Shown in pieces: positions 29,788-41,977 of a stretch of 64,000 nt of DNA. The position numbers were made by a program, and so were the translations under genes. The stretch is taken from assembly GCA_965248835.1 (NCBI GenBank), contig CBDFLJ010000002.1:128001-192000 (forward strand), in the 5' to 3' direction. Numbering within the stretch: the stretch's first letter is position 1; each line of letters begins with the position of its first letter. The notes under the pieces are model-generated. The model saw nothing but the letters and a program-made list of their open reading frames with translations. It was not told the origin of the DNA and searched no databases. This DNA comes from Alphaproteobacteria bacterium. Its GTDB lineage: Bacteria > Pseudomonadota > Alphaproteobacteria > MPNO01.

Positions 29788-30555
29788 TCAGGCCCCGGTC
29801 GGATTCTCGTGCAGCGAGCGCCGTGACAGAAGCGGATGGCCGGCCGCTTCGGCCCGGGCGAGGCCGCGGCAGTAGTAGTCGTAGAGCGGGCTGCCGCGGC
29901 CCTTGCTCTTGACGTCGGCCGATTTGCGCTGCGCCTCCGCCGCGTCCGGCCACGACCAGTCGTAGCCCGATCCGTTGGCGGCGAGCACTTGGCTGCAATT
30001 GTGCTCCAGCTCGATGCCCGTGAGCACGAGATCGACCGCGTCGACGCCGCAGAACGCGACCCCGTGATTGCGCATGAACACCGCCGGCGCCCGGCCCAGC
30101 GCCGCGGCGAGCGCGCGGCCCTCGTCGCGGCGCACGATCAGCTCCGATGAACCTTCGTAGCGCGGCGGCGCGCCGGTTATGGTTACCTTGATCGGCTTCA
30201 GCGGCTCGGGGATCGCCGAATAGATCACCGCGTTGAACGGATGGGTGTGGGCGGTGAAGTGGATATCCGGCCGCGCCAGCAGGATCTCGCCATGAATCGG
30301 CCATTCGCTGTGGCTGCGGCCCTCGCCCGCCAGCACCGCGCCGTCGAAGCTCAGCAGCAGGAAGTCGCGGTGGTCCCAGACCTCGCCCAGGCCGATCATG
30401 TGGCGCTTCATCCAGAAGCCGCGCCCCAGCGGGTCGCGCATCGCGACATGGCCGAAGATCTTGTCGCCGTGGCCGTTGAGTTCGAGGATGCGGCAGGCCC
30501 GGGCCGCCTCGTCCAGCGCCTCGGTGATCTCGGGCTCGTTCGTCCGGTCGGTCAT
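29788..30555 (-). CDS. Class II aldolase/adducin family protein
   Basis: GHVAMR, EWPIHGEI..ARPD, AHTHP, MRNHG. Confidence 0.88.
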   Translation of the reverse strand: MTDRTNEPEITEALDEAARACRILELNGHGDKIFGHVAMRDPLGRGFWMKRHMIGLGEVWDHRDFLLLSFDGAVLAGEGRSHSEWPIHGEILLARPDIHFTAHTHPFNAVIYSAIPEPLKPIKVTITGAPPRYEGSSELIVRRDEGRALAAALGRAPAVFMRNHGVAFCGVDAVDLVLTGIELEHNCSQVLAANGSGYDWSWPDAAEAQRKSADVKSKGRGSPLYDYYCRGLARAEAAGHPLLSRRSLHENPTGA

Positions 30556-30566
30556 CGCTTGCTCCC

Positions 30567-31376
30567 TTATTTCCGCGACCACGGCGTCACCGGCTTCTCG
30601 ACCGCGATCCCCTCCACGCTGATCGCATCCACGTTCTCGCCGTAGAAGCACATCAGGTCCCTTATCTTCGGGCATTCGGAGATCGGGTCGGGATAGGACC
30701 AGACGATGTCCTCGAACGTCTCGCCGTCGATCTCGGCCGACCAGTAGACCGCCTCGCCCTTGTAAGGGCAGCGCGTGCGGCTGTCGCTCGGCCTCAGCAG
30801 GTCCATCCGGACATCCTCGCGCAGCAGGTAGTAGCGGACCGGCAAACCGGTCTCGAACAGGAAATGTGCGCGCGTGCTCTCGGCAACCGTGCGGCCGCCC
30901 AGCCTCACCTGCACCGCGCGGGAGGACGCGATGGTGTCGATCCGCTTGTAGGGATCGCGCGCATGGACGAAGACCTCCTCGTCCTCTTCGTACCAGCGGT
31001 CGAGCCTGCCCCAGTAGAACGCGCCGTGACCGGCCATGTCGGGGTGTTCGTCGAACGGGGTCTCGTAACTCCACATGATGTTCTCTTCGCACCGCTCGCC
31101 GACGCCGATCGACCAATAGGACGCATCGCCCTTGTAGGGACAGTGGGTGCTGTGGTCGGTCCGGCTCATCAGCTCCATCCGCACGTCCTCCAGCGGAAAG
31201 TAGTAGACCGGCAGGTGGCGGCTCTCGTGCATCAGCTTCATGCGGGCCGAATCCGCGACGGTCTCGCCGTTGAACACCACCCGGACCCGGCGCGGGCTGG
31301 GCTCCAGGGTGATTCGATGGCCGGGGTTCCTGGCATAGCCCGGTGCCCGGCCGGCGGTCCTGACCTGCGCCATCAT
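30567..31376 (-). CDS. Tandem DUF427 domain protein
   Basis: Two repeats of YY.P..DV and CPYKG.A.YW. Confidence 0.88.
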   Translation of the reverse strand: MMAQVRTAGRAPGYARNPGHRITLEPSPRRVRVVFNGETVADSARMKLMHESRHLPVYYFPLEDVRMELMSRTDHSTHCPYKGDASYWSIGVGERCEENIMWSYETPFDEHPDMAGHGAFYWGRLDRWYEEDEEVFVHARDPYKRIDTIASSRAVQVRLGGRTVAESTRAHFLFETGLPVRYYLLREDVRMDLLRPSDSRTRCPYKGEAVYWSAEIDGETFEDIVWSYPDPISECPKIRDLMCFYGENVDAISVEGIAVEKPVTPWSRK

Positions 31377-31497
31377 CCCTCTCCCCTTGCTTCGACCGGC
31401 CGGAGTCTCACCGCTTGAACCCGGCCGCGCAAGCGCGATTGCCGCGGTGTCCGGCCGGACCTAACATCGGCGTCGAGCGGCATTGAGGAGCTCGTCG

Positions 31498-33057
31498 ATG
31501 GCCAGCGTCTTGAGAGAGGGCACCGTGGCGGCGAACGCGCCCGACATGGAGACCTACCGGCTGCGCCGCTTCATCGAGCAGCTTGTCGAAATGGACTTGG
31601 CCGAGATCCACGAGGACCCGATCGATCTGATCGACCTCGCCCGCGTGCTCGACGGCAACCCGAAGGCGGTGCTGTTCAAGAACGCCGGATCCGAAGGGGC
31701 CGAACTGGTCGGCGGTGTGACCGGCAGCCGGGCGCGGATCGCGGCCGCGTTCGGTGTCGCGCCGGGCGCGTTGCTCCAGACGGTGCGCAGTCGGCTCGCC
31801 CAGCCGCAGCCTCTGGTCGAGGTCGCGAGCGTCGAGGCACCGGTCCACGCGGTGATCCTGCGCGGCGAGGAGGCCGATCTGACGCGCCTGCCCGTCCATG
31901 TGCAGCACGAACGCGACGGCGGACCCTATATCTCGTCCTCGCTCGACCATGTGGTCGATCCCGAGACCGGCCTGACCAATCTCGGCTGCCGCCGGATGAT
32001 GCTGCGCGGCAAGCGGGAGGCCGGTGTCGACCTCAACGCGCCGAGCGATTTGAAGGCGATCTACGAACGGGCCGCGGCGCGCGGCGAAACGCTGCCGGTG
32101 AGCTTCGTGGTCGGTGCCCACCCGACCGACCACGTTGCCGCCTCGATGCGCGTGCCGACCAACGAGATCGAGCTGATCGCCCGGCTGCGCGGCCAGCCGC
32201 TGGCGGTCGTCCGGGGCGTGACCAACGATGTCCTGGTGCCGGCCGATGCCGAGATCGTGCTGGAGGGCTATTTCGATTCGCGCGGCCATGTCGAGCCGGA
32301 AGCACCCTACGGCGAGTTCCTCGGCTATTACGGCGTCATGAAGCAGAACCCCGTCTTTCACCTCGAAGCGATCACCATGCGTTCCGACGCGTTGTTCCAG
32401 ACATCGACCATCAGCGGCCAGACGATCGAGCACACCGACACCGCGCAGATCGGTGCGCTGCGCGCCGAGGCGACGGCCTGGGGGGCGCTGGAGACTGCTG
32501 TCCGCGAGCCCGTGGCGATCTGCGCGAGCGCGTCTTCGGGCGGCAGCTTCAACATGCGCGTCGCCCTGCGCCAGCGCGTGCCAGGCGAGGCGCGCAACGC
32601 GATCGCGGCCGTCTTCGCCTCGCTGTCCAACACCAAGAACGTTTTCGTGGTCGACGCGGACATCGACGTGTTCTCCGATTCGCAAATCGACTGGGCGCTC
32701 GCCACCCGGTTCCAGCCCGACCGGGACCTGGTCATCGATTCGGGGTTTCGGACGCTGCCGCTCGATCCTTCGCTGGACGGCAAACGGACGGGTGGGAAGG
32801 CCGGCTTCGATCTGACGCGGCCGTTCGGCAGCGACCTGCCGCTCCATTACACCGTCCCGGACCCGCCGTCCTTGGGCGCGCCCGAATTCGCATCGGTGCG
32901 CGAGGCGCTGGCCGATGGGCCTAAATATTTCGGCACCCTGGTCGCAGCGCTGGGCAGCCGCGACGGCCGCGAGGTCGTGCTGGCGCTCGACGACCTCCGC
33001 GCGCAAGGCGCCCTTATGCGCGCCGGCGACGGCATGTATGCGCTGAGCGGGGGCTGA
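31498..33057 (+). CDS. UbiD-family decarboxylase with C-terminal extension
   Basis: DGGPYISS, NLGCRRMM, EAPYGEFLGYY, VVDADID, WALATRFQPDRD. Confidence 0.9.
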   Translation: MASVLREGTVAANAPDMETYRLRRFIEQLVEMDLAEIHEDPIDLIDLARVLDGNPKAVLFKNAGSEGAELVGGVTGSRARIAAAFGVAPGALLQTVRSRLAQPQPLVEVASVEAPVHAVILRGEEADLTRLPVHVQHERDGGPYISSSLDHVVDPETGLTNLGCRRMMLRGKREAGVDLNAPSDLKAIYERAAARGETLPVSFVVGAHPTDHVAASMRVPTNEIELIARLRGQPLAVVRGVTNDVLVPADAEIVLEGYFDSRGHVEPEAPYGEFLGYYGVMKQNPVFHLEAITMRSDALFQTSTISGQTIEHTDTAQIGALRAEATAWGALETAVREPVAICASASSGGSFNMRVALRQRVPGEARNAIAAVFASLSNTKNVFVVDADIDVFSDSQIDWALATRFQPDRDLVIDSGFRTLPLDPSLDGKRTGGKAGFDLTRPFGSDLPLHYTVPDPPSLGAPEFASVREALADGPKYFGTLVAALGSRDGREVVLALDDLRAQGALMRAGDGMYALSGG

Positions 33058-33058
33058 T

Positions 33059-35344
<2,286 letters not shown>

Positions 35345-35388
35345 GCTTGGCGTGGGGGCTTGGCGCGGGCAGGTTTGGGGGTGCGGTC

Positions 35389-36474
35389 ATGACGGAGCTT
35401 CTCGAAGACGGGCTGGCGATCGATGCGGACGGCCATGTCCATGAGTCCAACCTGCTGTTCTCCCGACTTCTGGCGCCGGAGATGCGGGCAAGGACCAAGG
35501 GCTGGGCGTTGAACGCCGATCGCAACCGGCGGTTCATCGTCGACGGCATCGAGCACCCGCCGTTTCCGCGCGAGATTTCGGTGCGCAAGCCGATGGCCGC
35601 CGCGGACCGGCTGAAGGTGCTCGACAAGGAGGGGATCGAGGCGGCGGTGCTCTTCCCGTCCGCGGCGCTGGTTTCGGGCTACCTTGACGGCGGTTTCGCC
35701 TTCGCGGTCGCCGAGGCCTACCAGGACTGGATGCAGGACTACGTTGCAACCGATCCCCGGCGGCTGTTCTATGCCGCGCCGATCCCGCTCCATGATATCG
35801 CCCGCGCGGTCGAGCTCGCCGAGCGCGGCGTCCGCCGCAAGGGCGCGATCGCGGTCTGCGTGCGGCCCAACCCGACCGAGGGCAGACGGCTCGACGACCC
35901 CGGCTACGCACCGCTGTTCGAGGCCCTGTCCGCGCTCCGCGTGCCGCTGATCGTCCACGAGTCCACCGGCTGTCCCGAGACCGCCGGCGGCGACCGTTAC
36001 GGCGGGATGATGGATCCCCCGAGCTATGCCTACAACCATGTCATCAGCCATCCCTTCGAACAGATGATGGCCGCCATGGCGCTGATCTGCGGCGGGGTGC
36101 TGGAGCGGTTCCCGCGCTTGCGGGTCGGGTTCATGGAGGCCGGTTGCAGCTGGGTCCCCTATTGGCTGTCGCGGCTGGACGAGCATCTGAGCAACCGCAA
36201 GCTCCGGCCCTATTACGGCACGCTCACCCTGGGTGCTGGCGAATACTTCGCCCGGCAATGCGTGGTGAGCTGCGATCCGGCCGATGAGACCATCCCGCTC
36301 GCGGTCGCCGGGCTGGGCGCCGACAGGATCGTGTTCGCGACCGACTACCCGCATTTCGACAGCGAGGGCGGTGTGGTCAACGCCTTCCGCGCCGTGGCCG
36401 ATATCGACCCGGCCGATCAGCGCAAGCTGCTGCGCGACAACGCGATCGCCTTCTACCGCCTGCCTATCGCTTAG
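35389..36474 (+). CDS. Amidohydrolase-2 family protein
   Basis: IDADGHVHE, GVLERFPRLRVGFMEAG, FATDYPH. Confidence 0.88.
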   Translation: MTELLEDGLAIDADGHVHESNLLFSRLLAPEMRARTKGWALNADRNRRFIVDGIEHPPFPREISVRKPMAAADRLKVLDKEGIEAAVLFPSAALVSGYLDGGFAFAVAEAYQDWMQDYVATDPRRLFYAAPIPLHDIARAVELAERGVRRKGAIAVCVRPNPTEGRRLDDPGYAPLFEALSALRVPLIVHESTGCPETAGGDRYGGMMDPPSYAYNHVISHPFEQMMAAMALICGGVLERFPRLRVGFMEAGCSWVPYWLSRLDEHLSNRKLRPYYGTLTLGAGEYFARQCVVSCDPADETIPLAVAGLGADRIVFATDYPHFDSEGGVVNAFRAVADIDPADQRKLLRDNAIAFYRLPIA

Positions 36475-36496
36475 CGCAGGCGCCATATCGTCGGGC

Positions 36497-37378
36497 TCAC
36501 CGGCCGGCGCCGAGTCCGCGCTGGGCCAGGAAATGCCGGGTGATCTCCTCGCCGGTGGCGAGCCACACCCCGTCATGGCCGCAGATATGCGCCAGCGTCC
36601 GGTCGAGCGCGCCGATCCGATGCGGCACGCCGATGATGTAGGGGTGCAGCGAGATCGCCGCGACCCGGCCGGTGCGCGCGCCTTCCTCGTAGAGCACATC
36701 GAAAGCGCGCCGCGCCATGGTCTCGAACGCGTCGGCGGTGAAATTCATACCCTCGAAGGCCTGCTTGTCGCTCACGCCTGCGCCGTAGGGCAGCGAGACC
36801 AGCGGCATGCCATCGACATCCATCAGCACCGGTTGATCGTCGCTGTCCCAATCCACGACATAGGTGCAGCCCTCCGCGACCAGGCGTTCGAGCGTGCCCC
36901 AGGTCTCCTGCCGCCCGGCACCGAGCCAGCCGCGGGGCCGTACGCCGGTGGCCCGCCCGATCCGTTCCAGCGTGGCGGCGATGATCCGCCCGGCCTCGTC
37001 CTCCGAGCCGGCCTCGTTGAGCCGCCGCGTGTTGGATTGGCAATGGCCCATGATCTCCCAGCCCGCGGCCAGGCACTCCTCGACGATCCGCGGGTGGGCA
37101 TCGCACACCTCGCTGTTGAGGGCGACGGTCCCGCGCACCCCGTGCCGGGCCATGACCTCGATCATGCGGAAGACGCCCACGCGGTTGCCGTAATCGCGTT
37201 TGCCCCAGGCCGAGACGTCGGGGATCAGCCCCGGGCCGTCGGGCATCGGTTCATTCAGCGCAAAGACCTCGATATTGGGGATCACCCAGAACGCGACCCG
37301 CGCCCCGTCGGGCCAGGCGAGCGGCGCGCGGTCGATGATCGGCTCATAGGGGTAGGGGCCGTATGCGCGCGGTTCCAT
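36497..37378 (-). CDS. Polysaccharide deacetylase / PuuE allantoinase-like protein
   Basis: WPDGARVAFW, DYGNRVG, WEIMGH, RPRGWLG, ISLHPYIIG. Confidence 0.85.
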   Translation of the reverse strand: MEPRAYGPYPYEPIIDRAPLAWPDGARVAFWVIPNIEVFALNEPMPDGPGLIPDVSAWGKRDYGNRVGVFRMIEVMARHGVRGTVALNSEVCDAHPRIVEECLAAGWEIMGHCQSNTRRLNEAGSEDEAGRIIAATLERIGRATGVRPRGWLGAGRQETWGTLERLVAEGCTYVVDWDSDDQPVLMDVDGMPLVSLPYGAGVSDKQAFEGMNFTADAFETMARRAFDVLYEEGARTGRVAAISLHPYIIGVPHRIGALDRTLAHICGHDGVWLATGEEITRHFLAQRGLGAGR

Positions 37379-37522
37379 GGACTCGCCTTGCGGTTTGATG
37401 GAAGGGCAGCCGATTGTGCCGATCGCCTCGGCGCCGGCAAGGCCCGCCTTGCGTTGCCACCCGCCGTGCGATCGAGCGACAATGCGGCCCCGATCCGCTC
37501 ATGAGAACCCGGGGAGACACCG

Positions 37523-38569
37523 ATGCCGACGATCGATTCCGACGCCCACGTGCTCGAGACGCCCGAGACCTGGCGGTACCTTGAGGAGTCCGAGCAGCGC
37601 TTCATGCCGATGGTCGTCAGCCGAACCGCGGGCGCGGTCGAGCGCGGCCTGTCCGGCGCTGAAGTCGAGGAATATTGGGTCATCGACGGAAGGCTGATGC
37701 CCAAGGAGGACAATACCGGGCCCGACACCACGGCGGGCGCGCGCGAGATGCGCGACATCCCCGCGCGGCTCGCGCACATGGACGCGCTCGGCGTCGACAT
37801 TCAGGTGCTCTACCCGACGCTGTTCCTGCGCCCGACCACGGTCAATGTCGCGCTCGAATTCGCTCTGTGCCGCAGCTACAACCGCTGGCTCGCCGATGTC
37901 TGGGCACAGGCGCCCGACCGGCTGAAATGGGTCGCCGCCCCGCCGATGATGTCGATGGACAAAATCGCCGACGAGCTGGCGTTCGCCAAGGACCACGGCG
38001 CGGTCGGCGTCTTCCTGCGCGGACTCGAATGCGACCGCCAGTTGTCGGACCCCTATTTCTTTCCGCTGTACGAGACCGCTTCCCGGCTGGATCTTGCAGT
38101 CTGCATCCACTCGGCGACCAACAGCCCGACGATGCACGACTTCTTCCTCCACGACCCGGGGTTCAACAAGTTCAAGCTCGCGACCATCGGCGCTTTCCAC
38201 GTGCTGGTCTTCCACGGCGTACCGGCCCGGTTCCCCGATGTCCGCTGGGGTTTCATCGAGGTGTCCAGCCAGTGGATCCCGTATGTGATCAACGACCTGT
38301 CGCTGCGCCTGAAGCGCCGGGGCGAACCGCTGGGCGATGACGTGCTGGCGCGCAACAACATCTACGTCGCCTGCCAGGTGACGGACGATCTGCCCTACAT
38401 TCTGGGTTATTCGGGCGAGGACCATCTGGTCATCGGCACCGATTACGGCCATGCCGATACCGCGACAGAGATCGAGGCGCTCCGCAAGCTCAAGGCCGAC
38501 GGAAGGGTGCCGGCGCATGTCGTCGACAAGATTCTCGACGACAATGCGCGCGCGCTCTATGCGCTGTAA
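37523..38569 (+). CDS. Amidohydrolase-2 family protein
   Basis: IDSDAHVLE, DIQVLYPT, IGTDYGH. Confidence 0.88.
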   Translation: MPTIDSDAHVLETPETWRYLEESEQRFMPMVVSRTAGAVERGLSGAEVEEYWVIDGRLMPKEDNTGPDTTAGAREMRDIPARLAHMDALGVDIQVLYPTLFLRPTTVNVALEFALCRSYNRWLADVWAQAPDRLKWVAAPPMMSMDKIADELAFAKDHGAVGVFLRGLECDRQLSDPYFFPLYETASRLDLAVCIHSATNSPTMHDFFLHDPGFNKFKLATIGAFHVLVFHGVPARFPDVRWGFIEVSSQWIPYVINDLSLRLKRRGEPLGDDVLARNNIYVACQVTDDLPYILGYSGEDHLVIGTDYGHADTATEIEALRKLKADGRVPAHVVDKILDDNARALYAL

Positions 38570-38638
38570 TCCACACGCGTCCGCACGGCGGGCCTCCGAT
38601 AGACCGGGCAGGGTTTGCAGAATAGGCTCGACGGTGCG

Positions 38639-39508
38639 ATGACTCTCCGGGCAATCCCGCTGCACGATCTGTTCGCCGCCGAACTTCCGGGCATTGACCT
38701 GCGCACGCTGGCCGAGGTCGCGGAACTGCTCGAGGCGATGGATGCGTTCGCGGTCTGCGTCGTCCGCCATCCGGTGCCGCTGAGCGATGAAGAACACATC
38801 GCCTTCAGCCGCCGGCTCGGCCCGATCGAGGACCGGCCGGTGCTGGTGACGACCGGCCACCGGGCGATGCGGGTCCCCCATCACGAGATCATCGATCAGA
38901 GCAACCTGGACGATGGTGGAAGGATCTATGCCGAGGACGACCGCCGGCTCGGCTTCAAGCGCGCCAACCGGCTGTGGCACACCGACATGTCCTTTCACCC
39001 GATCCGCGCGACCTATTCGTTGCTGTCGGCCCACATCGTCCCGCCGGTTCCGGCCGATACCGAGTTCGCCGACATGCGGGCGGTCTATGATGCGCTGCCC
39101 GCGGCGATGAAGGCGCCGCTCGAGCCCCTGGTGGCCGAGCATTCCTACTGGCATTCCCGAGTCCTCGGCGGCGGGCCGGAACCGACGGAAGAAGAGCAGC
39201 GTTCGCGCCCGCCGGCGCGCCACAGGCTGGTCCACGTCCATCCGCGCTCGGGCCGCAAGGCGCTCTATCTCGCCTCGCATATCCGCCGGATCGAAGGCAT
39301 GCCCGACGATGAGGCCCGCGCGCTGCTCGACGAGCTGACCGTGTTCGCCACCCAGCCGCGGTTCGTCTTCGCTCACCGCTGGCGGGTGGGCGATGTCGTG
39401 ATCTGGGACAACCTCGCGACCATGCACCGCGCCACCGCGTTCGACGACCGCAACCACATCCGCGATATGCGCCGCACCACCTGCCGCGAGGCACCGGTTT
39501 CGGGCTGA
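38639..39508 (+). CDS. TfdA-like Fe(II)/2-oxoglutarate dioxygenase
   Basis: ANRLWHTDMSF, TEFADMRA, GRKALYLASH, WDNLATMHRA. Confidence 0.9.
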   Translation: MTLRAIPLHDLFAAELPGIDLRTLAEVAELLEAMDAFAVCVVRHPVPLSDEEHIAFSRRLGPIEDRPVLVTTGHRAMRVPHHEIIDQSNLDDGGRIYAEDDRRLGFKRANRLWHTDMSFHPIRATYSLLSAHIVPPVPADTEFADMRAVYDALPAAMKAPLEPLVAEHSYWHSRVLGGGPEPTEEEQRSRPPARHRLVHVHPRSGRKALYLASHIRRIEGMPDDEARALLDELTVFATQPRFVFAHRWRVGDVVIWDNLATMHRATAFDDRNHIRDMRRTTCREAPVSG

Positions 39509-39559
39509 CACGCTACGCCGTGACGACCAGCGCCCGGGCCGCGCTTGCCGGCGGGTCGG

Positions 39560-40153
39560 CTAACGGCGCTTGGCGTCGCGGGCCTCGATCATCGGGGCGA
39601 TGGCGTCGCGGAACGCCGCGCGAACGGCCGGACCATGGATGTAAGGGTAGTCGTAGGTGACCGGCCCGCCCGACGCGACCTTGAGCCGCCCGAACATCGG
39701 GCCCGGGGCGCCCAGCACCTCGGGCAGCAGCGCGGCGAACCGGTTCATCCCGTCGAAGTCGTAGACCCTGGCGTAGCCTGCGGCGCGCGCCATCGCGGCG
39801 AAGTCCACCCGGCCGGCACCCGGGATCGGATGGCTGCCGTTGGCCTCGTAGCCGCCGTTCTCGACGACGAAATGGACGAGGTTCGCCGGCGCGGCCTCGG
39901 CGATGGTCACCAGACTGCCCAGGTTCATCAGCAGGCTGCCGTCGCCGTCGAGCACGATGATCTTCTGGTCGGGCAGGCCGATCGCGAGCCCCAGCGCGTG
40001 CGAGGACGCCTGGCCCATCGAGCCGACGCTGAGGAAGTTGAGCGGGCTCGGGTCGATCGCGATCCACTCGAAGGCCGAGGTGTATGTCGCCACGACGATC
40101 GCCTCGCCCCGCAGGTGGGCAATCTTTCGGAAGCATTCGTCGCGGCGCATCAT
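39560..40153 (-). CDS. TPP-dependent decarboxylase beta subunit (ComE/sulfopyruvate-phosphonopyruvate decarboxylase-like)
   Basis: GSMGQASSHALG, DGDGSLLMNLG, ENGGYE. Confidence 0.85.
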   Translation of the reverse strand: MMRRDECFRKIAHLRGEAIVVATYTSAFEWIAIDPSPLNFLSVGSMGQASSHALGLAIGLPDQKIIVLDGDGSLLMNLGSLVTIAEAAPANLVHFVVENGGYEANGSHPIPGAGRVDFAAMARAAGYARVYDFDGMNRFAALLPEVLGAPGPMFGRLKVASGGPVTYDYPYIHGPAVRAAFRDAIAPMIEARDAKRR

Positions 40154-40665
40154 GGCTCGACCGACCTCCCGATCAGCGCCGCCAACGGCCGCGAGGTCTC
40201 ATAGGCACGGCCGATCGCCGGCGCCAGCAGGCCGACGTCGTCAGGGCCTTCGATCAGCAGCCGGTCGATCCCCATCGCATCGAGGATCGGCTCGACGATG
40301 CGCACGCCATAGCTTGCCGACTCGCTCGGCTTCCGGTCGGGCTCCTTCTGCAGCAGCCCGATCAACATGCAGATCGGCTGCGCATACTCGACCCCGATCG
40401 CTCGGATCGCGTTGATCGAATCGAGGAACCCCGTCTGCTGCATCAGCAGCACGCTGCGCAGTTTGCAGAACGCCAGCCCGGCGCAGATCGAGACCCCCTC
40501 ATCCTCCTTGCACAGCCGGATCAGCCGCAGCCCGGGATCCTGCGACAGCGGCCACAACAGCCCGGCGCTGGTGGTGATGTCGGGAAGCGCGGCGACATGG
40601 CCGACGCCCGCCGCCTTCAAAGCGGCGATGATATCGCTGCCGCGCGGTCCCGATCCGTGGTCCAT
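40150..40665 (-). CDS. TPP-dependent decarboxylase alpha subunit (ComD-like)
   Basis: ALPD, KEDEGVSICAGL, LMQQTG; ATGA overlap with beta subunit. Confidence 0.82.
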   Translation of the reverse strand: MDHGSGPRGSDIIAALKAAGVGHVAALPDITTSAGLLWPLSQDPGLRLIRLCKEDEGVSICAGLAFCKLRSVLLMQQTGFLDSINAIRAIGVEYAQPICMLIGLLQKEPDRKPSESASYGVRIVEPILDAMGIDRLLIEGPDDVGLLAPAIGRAYETSRPLAALIGRSVEP

Positions 40666-40828
40666 GTCTGCGTCATCCCGAGCCAGCCACCCGGCGAGGC
40701 TACCACCGCAGGCACGCCGGAGACAGCCGCCGCCGGCTGGTCCGGACCAGGCTCAGACGCGGACATGGACCGGCGCGTGGGGTTTCGCTAGCCTCGGCTC
40801 CGACAGCCCAACCGAAGGGAGCCGGGGC

Positions 40829-41977
40829 ATGACCGGGACTTTCGATCGCTCGGCATTCGCCAATGTGTTCAAGGCCGTCGAAGAGGCGGAATCCTTGCCG
40901 CCGTGGTGCTACACCGCCCGGGACTATTTCGACCTGGAGGTGGAGAACCTGTTCACGCGGGTGTGGAACTTTTTCGGCCACGTCGATCAGGTCGCCGCGC
41001 CCGGCGACTTCGTGACGGTCGACTATCTCGGCATGCCGCTGGTCATCGTGCGCGGCAATGACGGCGAGATTCGCGCCTTCGCCAACAATTGCCGGCACCG
41101 CGGCACGCCGGTCGCGGACGGTCAAGGCAACTGCCGGGCATTCACATGCCCCTATCACGGCTGGGTCTACGACCTTGACGGCAAGCTCCACAGCGCGCCC
41201 GGGATGGAGAAGACCACGGGGTTCGATCCTGCGGCCAATGGCCTGCGCCCGCTGCGGCTGGAGGTGTTCGGCTGCTTCATGTTCATCAACTTCTCCGGCG
41301 ATGCGGAGCCGCTGGCAGACTATCTCGGCGACTTCCCCGCACTGATGGGCTCCTACGATCTGGACAACCTCGTGCTGGTCCGCAAGCTGGTCCACGAGGT
41401 GCCGTGCAACTGGAAGGTCCATATCGAGAACGCGATGGAGGAATACCATCTGCCGATGGTCCACAAGGCGACGCTCAACCCCAAGGAGATGGAGCACTCC
41501 GCCGCGCCCACCTCGGAGAACTGGCTCGACCTCCGCGAGCATCACGACGAGCACACCCGCTCGCTGCTGATCGAGGATCTGGCCCACGAGCTGCCCCATA
41601 TCGAGGGGCTGGAGGGGCGCGCGGCGAGCGGCACCAACTATGTCTGCCTCAACCCCTCGACCATGCTTGGGATGACGCTCGATTCGGTCTGGTACCTGGA
41701 GCTCCATCCGCAGGACCCCGACCACACGCGGGTGATCCACGGCGCATGCTTTCCGAAGGAGACCGTCGCCCGGGCCGATTTCGAGGACAAGGTCCGCTAC
41801 TACTACAAGCGCTGGGACACCACGCTCGAGGAGGACAACGCGATCGCCGCGCTCCAGCAAAAGGGGCTGAGGTCGCGTTTCGCCCGGCCGGGCCGGTTCT
41901 CCCATCTCGAGCCGCTGATTCCGCGGCTGGCTCAGTGGTGGGTCCGGCGCACGCTGCCGGCCGAGGCGCCGCAATGA
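40829..41977 (+). CDS. Rieske non-heme iron oxygenase alpha subunit
   Basis: CRHRG...CPYHGW Rieske motif; NWKVHIENAMEEYHLPMVH. Confidence 0.92.
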   Translation: MTGTFDRSAFANVFKAVEEAESLPPWCYTARDYFDLEVENLFTRVWNFFGHVDQVAAPGDFVTVDYLGMPLVIVRGNDGEIRAFANNCRHRGTPVADGQGNCRAFTCPYHGWVYDLDGKLHSAPGMEKTTGFDPAANGLRPLRLEVFGCFMFINFSGDAEPLADYLGDFPALMGSYDLDNLVLVRKLVHEVPCNWKVHIENAMEEYHLPMVHKATLNPKEMEHSAAPTSENWLDLREHHDEHTRSLLIEDLAHELPHIEGLEGRAASGTNYVCLNPSTMLGMTLDSVWYLELHPQDPDHTRVIHGACFPKETVARADFEDKVRYYYKRWDTTLEEDNAIAALQQKGLRSRFARPGRFSHLEPLIPRLAQWWVRRTLPAEAPQ

